From Candidatus Enterousia sp. (GTDB lineage Bacteria; Pseudomonadota; Alphaproteobacteria; Rs-D84): 34,812 nucleotides of DNA. The notes below the pieces were generated by a model. The model was not told where the DNA came from. It made no database searches and was given only the letters and a program-made list of their open reading frames with translations. Both the position numbers and the translations under genes were made by a program. Positions 26,838-34,812 of this stretch are shown here, in pieces. Positions within the stretch are counted from its first letter, which is position 1. Each line of letters starts with the position of its first letter. Where the stretch lies: positions 1 through 34,812 of the forward strand of contig JAZLDK010000023.1 in assembly GCA_045614725.1 (NCBI GenBank), given 5' to 3'.

Positions 26838-28093
26838 TATTTTTTCCTAAGATTCTTAATCCACTTAATGCCTTTGCTGGCCGTGCCGTATGCAGATTTT
26901 GCATCCGACACAACGCTTTTATGCATTCCGTCCAGACCCTTGGCATATTGCTTCAACTGATCCTGGGTCATTTGAAATATTTTCAGCATTAAATAGAAAG
27001 TTAACAATGCAGACAATATTGTTATGGACTGCTGACCAAAAGCCTCCATCCCCAGACTTGGCATCGGAACATTACCCGTTGCAGAACCACCTGCGACATC
27101 ACTGTACACAGATGTACCGGACGGAAACAGCGCCCGAACAACCGCAACATTAATAGCCAACATAAACGCCGCCGCAATTATTGTGATAACCAAATCTTGT
27201 AATGCTTTGACAACGCCGGAAAACGCCGGCCACACATCAAACCACTTGTCACTGGATTTGAACACATATGTTAATACCTGAAACGGATAAAGCATCAAGG
27301 ACATACCAAAATTAAATATCCCCTGCAAAATAATCATTACCATAAATATATTACTGCTGACAAATGTAAACACCAATATCAGCCCCGTCACAATATTCAT
27401 AAAATCCTGACCGCCGTGCGGAATCAATGTTATCAAGCCACGCAAACCATCGGTCATCATTTTCCAGCCGCGTTCCACAACACGATTATTAGCGTTTGAT
27501 ATTTTCGCAACAGGCTTGATTAAAAAATCACAGGAACGTTCCGAAAGCCAGCCTTGCTGTACAACCTCGGGCGGGCACGAAATATCATACACACCGGAAT
27601 CCTGAATATTTATCCCATCAATAACATATTCCGTGTACACAGACCCCAATTCAAGAAACGGATTAACCAAAAAGTCTACTATCAAAACCGGTCGTATTTG
27701 CAAAAACAAAAGAACAGCCAAAATTGCACGGAACCCAGGTTTTAAAACATTTTGCGCAACGGTCATTCCGCCAATACCATTGCCCCACATTTCACCACCA
27801 CCAGTAAACCCGAATATCTCGCCCCAGTTTTTTGGAAAATACATTTTAGCCAAATAAAGTCCCATTGATATCGCAGTACCACCCCATATCAAAATAAACA
27901 AAGGCCCCCGACCATTTGACCCAACAAAATATTCATATGTAGAGGATGCGATACTTATAACAACTTCTAGCATATTGGGAACAAACGGCGCCAAATTCAT
28001 CATATCAATCAGTCCACCCGCCACAGCAGAGGCAGGCGCAAAAAGCACCACACACAAAATCAACGAACAAATTAAACGACTTAAGACTCTCAT
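26837..28093 (-). CDS. Polytopic membrane protein, TrbL/VirB6-like paralogue
   Basis: Signal-like N-terminus, FLVNPF, central Cys pair, LMLYPFQVLTYVF. Confidence 0.65.
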   Translation of the reverse strand: MRVLSRLICSLILCVVLFAPASAVAGGLIDMMNLAPFVPNMLEVVISIASSTYEYFVGSNGRGPLFILIWGGTAISMGLYLAKMYFPKNWGEIFGFTGGGEMWGNGIGGMTVAQNVLKPGFRAILAVLLFLQIRPVLIVDFLVNPFLELGSVYTEYVIDGINIQDSGVYDISCPPEVVQQGWLSERSCDFLIKPVAKISNANNRVVERGWKMMTDGLRGLITLIPHGGQDFMNIVTGLILVFTFVSSNIFMVMIILQGIFNFGMSLMLYPFQVLTYVFKSSDKWFDVWPAFSGVVKALQDLVITIIAAAFMLAINVAVVRALFPSGTSVYSDVAGGSATGNVPMPSLGMEAFGQQSITILSALLTFYLMLKIFQMTQDQLKQYAKGLDGMHKSVVSDAKSAYGTASKGIKWIKNLRKK

Positions 28094-28175
28094 CCCCTAT
28101 AACAATACCATTTTTATTTTTTTAAGTATAGTAAATTTATACCAAAATTTGATATAATTTATGATATAATTCAAT

Positions 28176-29471
28176 ATGATGAAACGACTGAAAAAGATTT
28201 GGATTGGTTTGATTGCCATGCTGCCGTCTGCGGCCAGCGCTTTGCCAACCTTTGTATGGGGCATCATTATTGGTGGCGGTGCAATTGGGCTATATTCTAC
28301 ATATCGTACTGTTGCACCGGTAAATACCGCTGATGCAATGAACTTCTTTTCCGGATGCTGGTCATGCCAAATGTTTGTTGATGTTATGGAAATAATGTCA
28401 AACCTGTTGACCAATATATATAAATCTCTTGGCACGATGATGATTACTTTTATGGCGGCCCTGACATTAATTTGGTTCGCGTGGTCAATGATAAAAGGAC
28501 ACATTGATGGCAAGATAGAATCCGCATGGGACACAACAAGCAGGTTTAGCACCCATCTTATAAAATTTGCATTTGCAAGCGCGCTGCTGGTAATGCCATT
28601 GCCACGAATGATTAGCGACATTCTGCTGGAACCAATATTTAATACCGGCCAATCAATCGTGCATACGATAACGGACGAATCCACATTTAATTCATGTCTT
28701 ATTTCAACATCGCTGATGGACCAGACCGTTATTGACGGTTCTGCAACAAAGCACGGCGCATTCTCGCCACGACTTCGTCATGGCTTGGCATGCGAATTAG
28801 TATCTATTCACCAGATGACCGGAATTGGCATGACTGTTGGTTGGACTATGTTGAACATGGCGTTTAATGCAGAATACATGCATAAAATTTTATGGACCAT
28901 ACCGTTTTTTCCAAATGTTCCTGTATTCTTTGCCGGCTTGCTTATATTAGGACTGTTCTTTGTGGCCCTGTTGCCGATACCAATATACTTTCTTGAAATT
29001 TTTATAAAACTGACCATGGATTTGGTTATGCTGCCGCTAATGTTGTTATCGTGGCTGTTTAGCGACTGGAAGATTATAAACAAAACCAAGACACTGCGTG
29101 AAGTTGTGGATGATGTTATAACCGGCGTGGTCGGCATTACCATGACTTGCATATTTGCAGTATTTGCGATTCAGTTTTTAGAGGTTATTTTCGGGGATTT
29201 CCATAACTTTAGCAGCCTGACCGAATTATTGGCAAACGATTCGGAACAAAGTGCAAAAGTATTGATGGACGCATTGATGATGCGCGACGACACCTTGATT
29301 AACTTGGTATTAATGGGGATATTCATGGCAATGTTTATGACTTCTATCCCCCAGTTGATAAAGACTTTGTTCAAAGTTAATATTTCGCAGGAATTTTACG
29401 ATTCGGCTAAAAAGAACCTGAACACCATGTGGGGCGGGGCTAAGAAAATTTTTGAAAACGCAAAAAAATAA
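28176..29471 (+). CDS. Polytopic membrane protein, TrbL/VirB6-like paralogue (divergently transcribed)
   Basis: GCWSC, LPRMI..LLEP, central Cys pair, LVMLPLMLLSWLF. Confidence 0.65.
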   Translation: MMKRLKKIWIGLIAMLPSAASALPTFVWGIIIGGGAIGLYSTYRTVAPVNTADAMNFFSGCWSCQMFVDVMEIMSNLLTNIYKSLGTMMITFMAALTLIWFAWSMIKGHIDGKIESAWDTTSRFSTHLIKFAFASALLVMPLPRMISDILLEPIFNTGQSIVHTITDESTFNSCLISTSLMDQTVIDGSATKHGAFSPRLRHGLACELVSIHQMTGIGMTVGWTMLNMAFNAEYMHKILWTIPFFPNVPVFFAGLLILGLFFVALLPIPIYFLEIFIKLTMDLVMLPLMLLSWLFSDWKIINKTKTLREVVDDVITGVVGITMTCIFAVFAIQFLEVIFGDFHNFSSLTELLANDSEQSAKVLMDALMMRDDTLINLVLMGIFMAMFMTSIPQLIKTLFKVNISQEFYDSAKKNLNTMWGGAKKIFENAKK

Positions 29472-29547
29472 AAAAATAAAAAATCAAGCCCTTTATTTAA
29501 CCCACCCCCCTTTTTTACACAATCCGAATCTGATATAATTCATAGCA

Positions 29548-30057
29548 ATGAGACAATTTCCGATTCTTTACTGGCCACGCAGAACAACTGGGGACGAAAC
29601 ATACCAGTTGGCACGCAAGGTCATAAGCAACAGCACCGGCGTTATGCCGACCGTTTATGGGGCCGATACGGATATCGCGGGTATTTTGGCACAAAACCCA
29701 GACGGGACCGTTTACTATCCTGTTTTTTGCGAATCAACCGGTTGGTGGGGCGAATTGTTGGGTGGCGATGCGGTTGTGACCGACAAACTGATAATTTCGC
29801 CGGAATGTCAACTGATGGTCATCGAACCACAAAAAAACGCAAAAAAAACGGGGCAGAATCAGTTGCTGGCGGCAGAAATATACCCAACCAGCGGATTCTT
29901 TAAAAAGATGAATTCCGGAATCGCGACCGTTGCCGATATGCTAGCAACCGATGCAGGCACCATATTGGCATTATTTTCGGGCAAAAACCAATCCCAGTTT
30001 ATAAATATACTGGAATCAACCGGCAATTCTTATCTTGGGTGCATTGGCCGTTATTAA
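29548..30057 (+). CDS. Hypothetical protein
   Basis: 169-aa ORF filling the intergenic space; TATAAT 8 nt upstream; no recognised motif. Confidence 0.7.
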   Translation: MRQFPILYWPRRTTGDETYQLARKVISNSTGVMPTVYGADTDIAGILAQNPDGTVYYPVFCESTGWWGELLGGDAVVTDKLIISPECQLMVIEPQKNAKKTGQNQLLAAEIYPTSGFFKKMNSGIATVADMLATDAGTILALFSGKNQSQFINILESTGNSYLGCIGRY

Positions 30058-30132
30058 TGTGTTAATATTGCTTGCTTTCTGTAAAAATCATTGTATAATT
30101 TACGGGCTAAAATTCTAAAAAAGGTAAAAACA

Positions 30133-30345
30133 ATGAAACAAGGCATTCATCCTGAATATCATGAAATCAATGTCACCAGAACGGATGGCAAGACTGTTAA
30201 AATGTACTCTTCTGTTAAGAAGGACCTGGTTTTATCAACAGATAACCTGAACCATTCTGCATGGACAGGCCAGCGTTCAAACGCCGGCGACAAAGGTCAG
30301 CGCGCCGCAGATTTCAAGGCAAAATTTGCTGGGTTCAAATTTTAA
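30133..30345 (+). CDS. rpmE: 50S ribosomal protein L31
   Basis: MKQGIHPEYH...HSAWTG...F..KF; AAGG SD upstream. Confidence 0.95.
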   Translation: MKQGIHPEYHEINVTRTDGKTVKMYSSVKKDLVLSTDNLNHSAWTGQRSNAGDKGQRAADFKAKFAGFKF

Positions 30346-30375
30346 GTTTAACTTTCGTCTGATGGGGGCAGCGAC

Positions 30376-31080
30376 ATGGAATTGTTGATAAAAGGTTCAA
30401 CCGAATTAAACAAAATGTTTATGGCGCTGCAACGCACTGCGTCGGGTTTGCGCCGCGATTTTGGCGAGGTTGAAAACCTGCAACAGTCTTTGCGTGGTGC
30501 ACGTGACTTTGTACAAAAGGCCGCCGCCCGAATCGAAGAAAGTATTTTATCCGACCTGCTGTTGGTTCGTCCGGCGGCGGGTTTATTAACACCAAATGTC
30601 ACACGCGAAGGTGACGGGCGCGACGAATTCGTGCTGGCACTGTCTGGGGCTTCGAATTTTGTTCGTGGCAATCCACACTTTGCAATATCTTTGGCGTTGC
30701 GTTCGAATGACGAAACAAAAATCGCGTTGGTTTATTCTCCAATAGACGAAAGATTATATTACGCGGAACAAGACCGCGGGGCATACATATTCTCGGCGTA
30801 TCATTCGGCACGCATCAAGGTTTCAAATCTAGCCGAAGAATCCGAATTGACCGTTGCATATAACACTTCGGACAATCGTCCAACGATTGGTGATGTGCGT
30901 CGCACAGGATGCCCTGCATTGGATTTAGCATGGGTCGCGGCGGGCAAATTGGATGCGTTCGTATCCGAACCATTGGATTTTGCAGAAATTGCCGCCGGCG
31001 ATTTGTTGGTACGCGAAGCGGGCGGTCGAATCGAATTGATGGCCGACCTGGTTGCAACAAATGGTAAGGTAGAATTATAA
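30376..31080 (+). CDS. suhB: Inositol monophosphatase family protein SuhB with degenerate active site
   Basis: RRDFGEVENLQ, NFVRGNPHFAISLA, RRTGCPALDLAWVAAGKLD, AAGDLLVREAGG. Confidence 0.85.
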   Translation: MELLIKGSTELNKMFMALQRTASGLRRDFGEVENLQQSLRGARDFVQKAAARIEESILSDLLLVRPAAGLLTPNVTREGDGRDEFVLALSGASNFVRGNPHFAISLALRSNDETKIALVYSPIDERLYYAEQDRGAYIFSAYHSARIKVSNLAEESELTVAYNTSDNRPTIGDVRRTGCPALDLAWVAAGKLDAFVSEPLDFAEIAAGDLLVREAGGRIELMADLVATNGKVEL

Positions 31081-31107
31081 AAAAACCGCCAAACGGCGGT
31101 TTTTTTT
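31079..31107 (+). terminator. Intrinsic terminator after suhB
   Basis: AAAAAAACCGCC-aaac-GGCGGTTTTTTT. Confidence 0.85.
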
Positions 31108-31130
31108 GCAACTGTTCAACACAATACATT

Positions 31131-31158
31131 TTAAAACCCGCCAATCGGCGGGTTTTAA
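31131..31158 (-). terminator. Intrinsic terminator after rpmA
   Basis: TTAAAACCCGCC-aatc-GGCGGGTTTTAA. Confidence 0.8.
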
Positions 31159-31422
31159 TTATTTGGCTTCTTCTGGGATAACAGAAACCGTTCTGCGGTC
31201 ACCGTTGCCCTTTTTGAATTTTACAATACCAGCAATCTTGGCAAAGATTGTGTGGTCTTTACCCATACCAACATTCAGGCCAGGGTGTACGGATGTACCA
31301 CGCTGACGAATAATGATGTTGCCTGGGATAACACGACTGCCACCAGATTTCTTAACGCCTAATCTGCGGCCTTCTGAGTCGCGTCCATTGGTGGTTGCGG
31401 AACCAGCTTTCTTATGTGCCAT
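31159..31422 (-). CDS. rpmA: 50S ribosomal protein L27
   Basis: MAHKKAG...NGRDS...RLGVKK...RQRGT. Confidence 0.98.
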   Translation of the reverse strand: MAHKKAGSATTNGRDSEGRRLGVKKSGGSRVIPGNIIIRQRGTSVHPGLNVGMGKDHTIFAKIAGIVKFKKGNGDRRTVSVIPEEAK

Positions 31423-31433
31423 AATTTTGCTCC

Positions 31434-31733
31434 TTAGGCTTTAATATCTGTGATTTTCAAAACAGTCACATACTGACGATGACCCGCAGTGCGGCGATAG
31501 TTTTGGCGACGCTTTTTCTTGAACACCAAAATTTTGTCAGCGCGTTTCTGTTCAACAACTTCTGCGACAACCTTGGCACCGTCAACAAATGGAGTACCAA
31601 CTTTGTCACCGACCATCAAAATCTGGTCGAATTCAACTTTACCTTCGGCATTCAGTTTTTCAACTTTGATGATATCGCCCTGTTTTACGCGATACTGTTT
31701 GCCACCGGTTTGAAAGATTGCAAAATCGCTCAT
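31434..31733 (-). CDS. rplU: 50S ribosomal protein L21
   Basis: [23 protein letters not shown]. Confidence 0.98.
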   Translation of the reverse strand: MSDFAIFQTGGKQYRVKQGDIIKVEKLNAEGKVEFDQILMVGDKVGTPFVDGAKVVAEVVEQKRADKILVFKKKRRQNYRRTAGHRQYVTVLKITDIKA

Positions 31734-31927
31734 GTTCTTTCCTTGGTTTTTTGTTTTTTATTATTTTTTACGCCTTTTGGCGAAAAGTTTATGCAAATTT
31801 TATATTTTTTATATCAAAAGTCAAGCATTTTGTCGAAAAAATTCTACACAACATGTTTTTATGGAAATTAAACTTTGCTTGAAAACTTTATAATAAATCA
31901 CTATAATAATCACCAGAGAGTTAGAAG

Positions 31928-33382
31928 TTGAGACTGTTCAAACAATATTTTTTATTTATACTGCTTGCCTTGACATGCGGTAATGGGTTTGCGGCCACGG
32001 ACTGCACCACAATCACAACAAACCCCGACTGTAATTCCACCCCTGGTTGCTGGTGGGACGACATTTTCAATTATGCCAACAACAAATGTACAACTTGCGC
32101 AAACACAATCCCCGACAATGCACAATTATACACAAGCAGTTTGATTGGTATAACAACACCAGGCGATGCATGGACATACGATTATCAAAATACACAGAAA
32201 TTTTGTCCATGGACATTTGAGTGCCCAGCAGGACAAATCCCCACAAACATAACAGAAAATGGTGCACAATGTCAATCATGCCCAGACAACCAATACACCA
32301 GCGACAAAATCAAAATCTTTGTAATGAAAAAAGACGAAGACCCAATATACTATTATAAATTCACTAACAGAGGATTGGCAAACGGGTACAATCCAACATT
32401 TGCGTGCAACCAGTGTGGCACCAACGCAACACATAACGCCGACCATTCAAATTGCAATTGCAACACAGGTTGGGCAACAAGCACTAATAAAACAACCGAC
32501 GTAAACACTGACAACTGTATCAAATACGCAACAACTACGGTATACATGTACATAGGAAATTTTTTATTCAGATATTTATCATACGCACCAAACAAAGGGT
32601 ACGATGTTAACCGCAATAATGACTTTAACGACGATATCGAAGTTTATTTTACAGATTACCCATCGGTGACCACCCCGCCCGATACAGAAAAAGAAAAATT
32701 TACATTAGACGGATGGTCAACTGATACAGAAGGAAAAAATTTGTTTTTTACTTCAAACCAACTGACAGACGAAGACAACGAAAAAAATATAAATGAATAT
32801 TGCGAAACCAACGCTTGCGACAAAACGAAAAATGGCGAAATTAAACTTTATGCCGCCTGGACACCAAAGAAATATTATCTTAAATACAAATCATATGGTG
32901 GCAACACTCATTTTTATACATGGGATGAAAATCTTAAATGCGAGTATTCAAAAGAATGTCTGGCACATACACCAGAAGCGCTGGAAAGCTTCAATTGCTA
33001 CTGGGATGACAGCTATTACAACAACCTCACAGAATGTTATTTTAACAAAAAGGCAGGCGCACATATCTTTTCGCACTGGAAATGTACAGGCTGCTTAAAC
33101 GACAATGGAATTGTATACCCTGGGGAGGCCATAATCGAACCTGAGACAGAATACGAAAATGAAACAATTGAGTTGCAGGCAGTTTACACAGAGTGCCCAT
33201 CCGGATATTATTGTTCAGATGGCAAAAAACACAAATGCCCCGCCGGTTCCACCAGCAATGGCTCCGGCGCGGCCAGTAAACAAGACTGCTTTTTGGTTGG
33301 TGGCATAACTCGTTTTTGCAAAGATAAATCCAAATGCATTACCCTGCCAAAAGACATAAAGTTAAAATACACCGGACAATAA
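31928..33382 (+). CDS. Secreted Cys-rich surface protein with InlB B-repeat-like and GCC2/ephrin-receptor-like modules
   Basis: TTG start with signal peptide; FTLDGWSTD...LYAAW and FSHW...LQAVY; CPAGQ, CPSGYYC, CPAGSTS. Confidence 0.8.
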   Translation: MRLFKQYFLFILLALTCGNGFAATDCTTITTNPDCNSTPGCWWDDIFNYANNKCTTCANTIPDNAQLYTSSLIGITTPGDAWTYDYQNTQKFCPWTFECPAGQIPTNITENGAQCQSCPDNQYTSDKIKIFVMKKDEDPIYYYKFTNRGLANGYNPTFACNQCGTNATHNADHSNCNCNTGWATSTNKTTDVNTDNCIKYATTTVYMYIGNFLFRYLSYAPNKGYDVNRNNDFNDDIEVYFTDYPSVTTPPDTEKEKFTLDGWSTDTEGKNLFFTSNQLTDEDNEKNINEYCETNACDKTKNGEIKLYAAWTPKKYYLKYKSYGGNTHFYTWDENLKCEYSKECLAHTPEALESFNCYWDDSYYNNLTECYFNKKAGAHIFSHWKCTGCLNDNGIVYPGEAIIEPETEYENETIELQAVYTECPSGYYCSDGKKHKCPAGSTSNGSGAASKQDCFLVGGITRFCKDKSKCITLPKDIKLKYTGQ

Positions 33383-33429
33383 TCTTAGGCCGACGACACG
33401 TACACAGAACTTGTTTACATTTCACAAAA

Positions 33430-33453
33430 AAAATCCCCCAAACGGGGGATTTT
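33430..33453. terminator. Bidirectional terminator
   Basis: AAAATCCCCC-aaac-GGGGGATTTT between convergent genes. Confidence 0.8.
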
Positions 33454-33457
33454 ATTT

Positions 33458-34810
33458 TTAGTTCTTGCGTGGGAACTTAACCGCAGCCTGGGCCGCCGCC
33501 AAACGTGCAATTGGCACGCGGAATGGGGAACAGGATACCGAGTTAAATCCACACTGGTGGAAGAACGCGATTGATTCTGGATCGCCACCATGTTCACCAC
33601 ATACGCCCAAGTGGATTTTATCACCCTTGGTCGCGCGTGCTTTCTGGACAGCGTCTTTAATCAACAGACCGACACCCAACTGGTCAACGGACGCAAATGG
33701 GTCAGCAACATATACACCACGTGCACGATATTCATCCAAAATCTTAGCTGTGTCGTCACGTGACATACCCAATGTTGTCTGGGTCAAGTCATTTGTTCCA
33801 AATTCAAAGAATTCACAAGATTCTGCAATTTCATTTGCCAAAACTGCTGCGCGTGGCAATTCAATCATAGAGCCAACTGTGTATTCAACAGATTCGCCTG
33901 TTTCCGCGAACAATGACTGGGCTGTTGCGTCGATAACTGCTTTAACAATATCAACTTCCTTCTTGGAACCAACCAATGGAACTTCGATTTCTGGGAATAC
34001 GCGTACGCCCGCCTTTTTGACTTCCAAAGCAGCCGACAGAATCGCACGAGTCTGCATTTCGCAGATTTCTGGGTATGTAATCGCCAAGCGGCAACCACGA
34101 TGACCCAACATTGGATTCTGTTCATGCAGTTGTTCTGCGCGCTGTTTGATGAATTCAACAGATTTGCCGATATGTGCAGCCAATTCTTCGATTTCTGCTT
34201 CTGTATGAGGCAAGAATTCGTGAAGTGGTGGGTCAATCAAACGAATTGTCACAGGCAGACCGTCCATAATCTTGAACAGTTCTACAAAGTCAGCCTTTTG
34301 GTATGGCAACAGTTTTGCCAAGGCTGCACGACGACCTTCTTCGTCTTCGGCCAAAATCATTTCGCGCATATCCTGGATACGGGATGGATCAAAGAACATG
34401 TGTTCCGTACGCGCCAAACCGATACCTTCGGCACCAAAGTCACGCGCCTGTTTCGCATCTTTTGGTGTTTCTGCGTTTGCTTTTACCGTCAAAGTTTTGA
34501 TTTGGTCAACCCATTCCATCAAAGTACCAAAGTTGCCCGTCAATTCAACAGATACTGTTGGGATTTTGCCTTCGATAATCTGACCCTTGGCACCGTCAAT
34601 AGAAACCCAATCACCTTCGTTGATAACAACACCAGATGTTGTTTTTAATGTCTTGGATTCATAATCAATTTTAATATCAGGCGAACCAGATACGCATGGT
34701 GTACCCATACCACGGGCCACAACCGCCGCGTGTGATGTCATACCGCCACGAGCAGTGATAACACCCTGGGCCGCGTTCATACCAGCGATATCTTCTGGGG
34801 ATGTTTCGAT
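33458..34810 (-). CDS. ppdK: Pyruvate, phosphate dikinase (3' part; 5' end outside the window)
   Basis: GGMTSHAAVVARG, GAEGIGLARTEHMFF, NPMLGHRGCRL, GTNDLTQ, GVCGEHGGDP. Confidence 0.97.
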   Translation of the reverse strand: METSPEDIAGMNAAQGVITARGGMTSHAAVVARGMGTPCVSGSPDIKIDYESKTLKTTSGVVINEGDWVSIDGAKGQIIEGKIPTVSVELTGNFGTLMEWVDQIKTLTVKANAETPKDAKQARDFGAEGIGLARTEHMFFDPSRIQDMREMILAEDEEGRRAALAKLLPYQKADFVELFKIMDGLPVTIRLIDPPLHEFLPHTEAEIEELAAHIGKSVEFIKQRAEQLHEQNPMLGHRGCRLAITYPEICEMQTRAILSAALEVKKAGVRVFPEIEVPLVGSKKEVDIVKAVIDATAQSLFAETGESVEYTVGSMIELPRAAVLANEIAESCEFFEFGTNDLTQTTLGMSRDDTAKILDEYRARGVYVADPFASVDQLGVGLLIKDAVQKARATKGDKIHLGVCGEHGGDPESIAFFHQCGFNSVSCSPFRVPIARLAAAQAAVKFPRKN

Positions 34811-34812
34811 AC

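Noticed and set aside
28097-28684. 195-aa minus-strand ORF
   Set aside because: Antisense to the fifth VirB6-like gene and runs through the divergent promoter region.
29461-29516. A-tracts and a C-rich run as a phase-variation site
   Set aside because: The tracts are short, interrupted and intergenic; no evidence of slippage from one sequence.
30133-30345. L31 lacking zinc-binding cysteines
   Set aside because: Cys-less L31 is usual in Alphaproteobacteria.

Overview
Mostly core-genome window (about 45% GC by eye) of a small-genome alphaproteobacterium. Gene style suggests the uncultured gut lineage Rs-D84/'Ca. Enterousia' (inference). Housekeeping genes: valS, ftsK, comF, a cut-down cell-wall cluster (PBP1A, mraY, ftsW, murG), rpmE, a degenerate suhB, rpmA, rplU, the 3' part of ppdK, tRNA-Gln(TTG) and tRNA-Glu(CTC). 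Lineage-specific content: five paralogous TrbL/VirB6-like membrane proteins, Cys-rich secreted proteins, tandem kinase-like and small-protein paralogues, and an LRR protein. The most striking feature is at 1-1822. Downstream of tRNA-Gln is a tandem array of ~700-750 bp AT-rich single-gene cassettes (a NUDIX hydrolase and an Arr/ADP-ribosyltransferase-like protein). They are separated by a conserved ~110-135 bp junction: inverted repeat GTTCGAAAGT-N29/30-ACTTTCGAAC, a terminator hairpin of variable sequence, then TGGTTG, which is the complement of the tRNA CAACCA end. The junctions keep one reading frame that resembles the C-terminal tail of a tRNA-targeting large serine recombinase. This suggests an integron-like system of non-autonomous mini-cassettes stacked at a tRNA, running off the left edge of the window.
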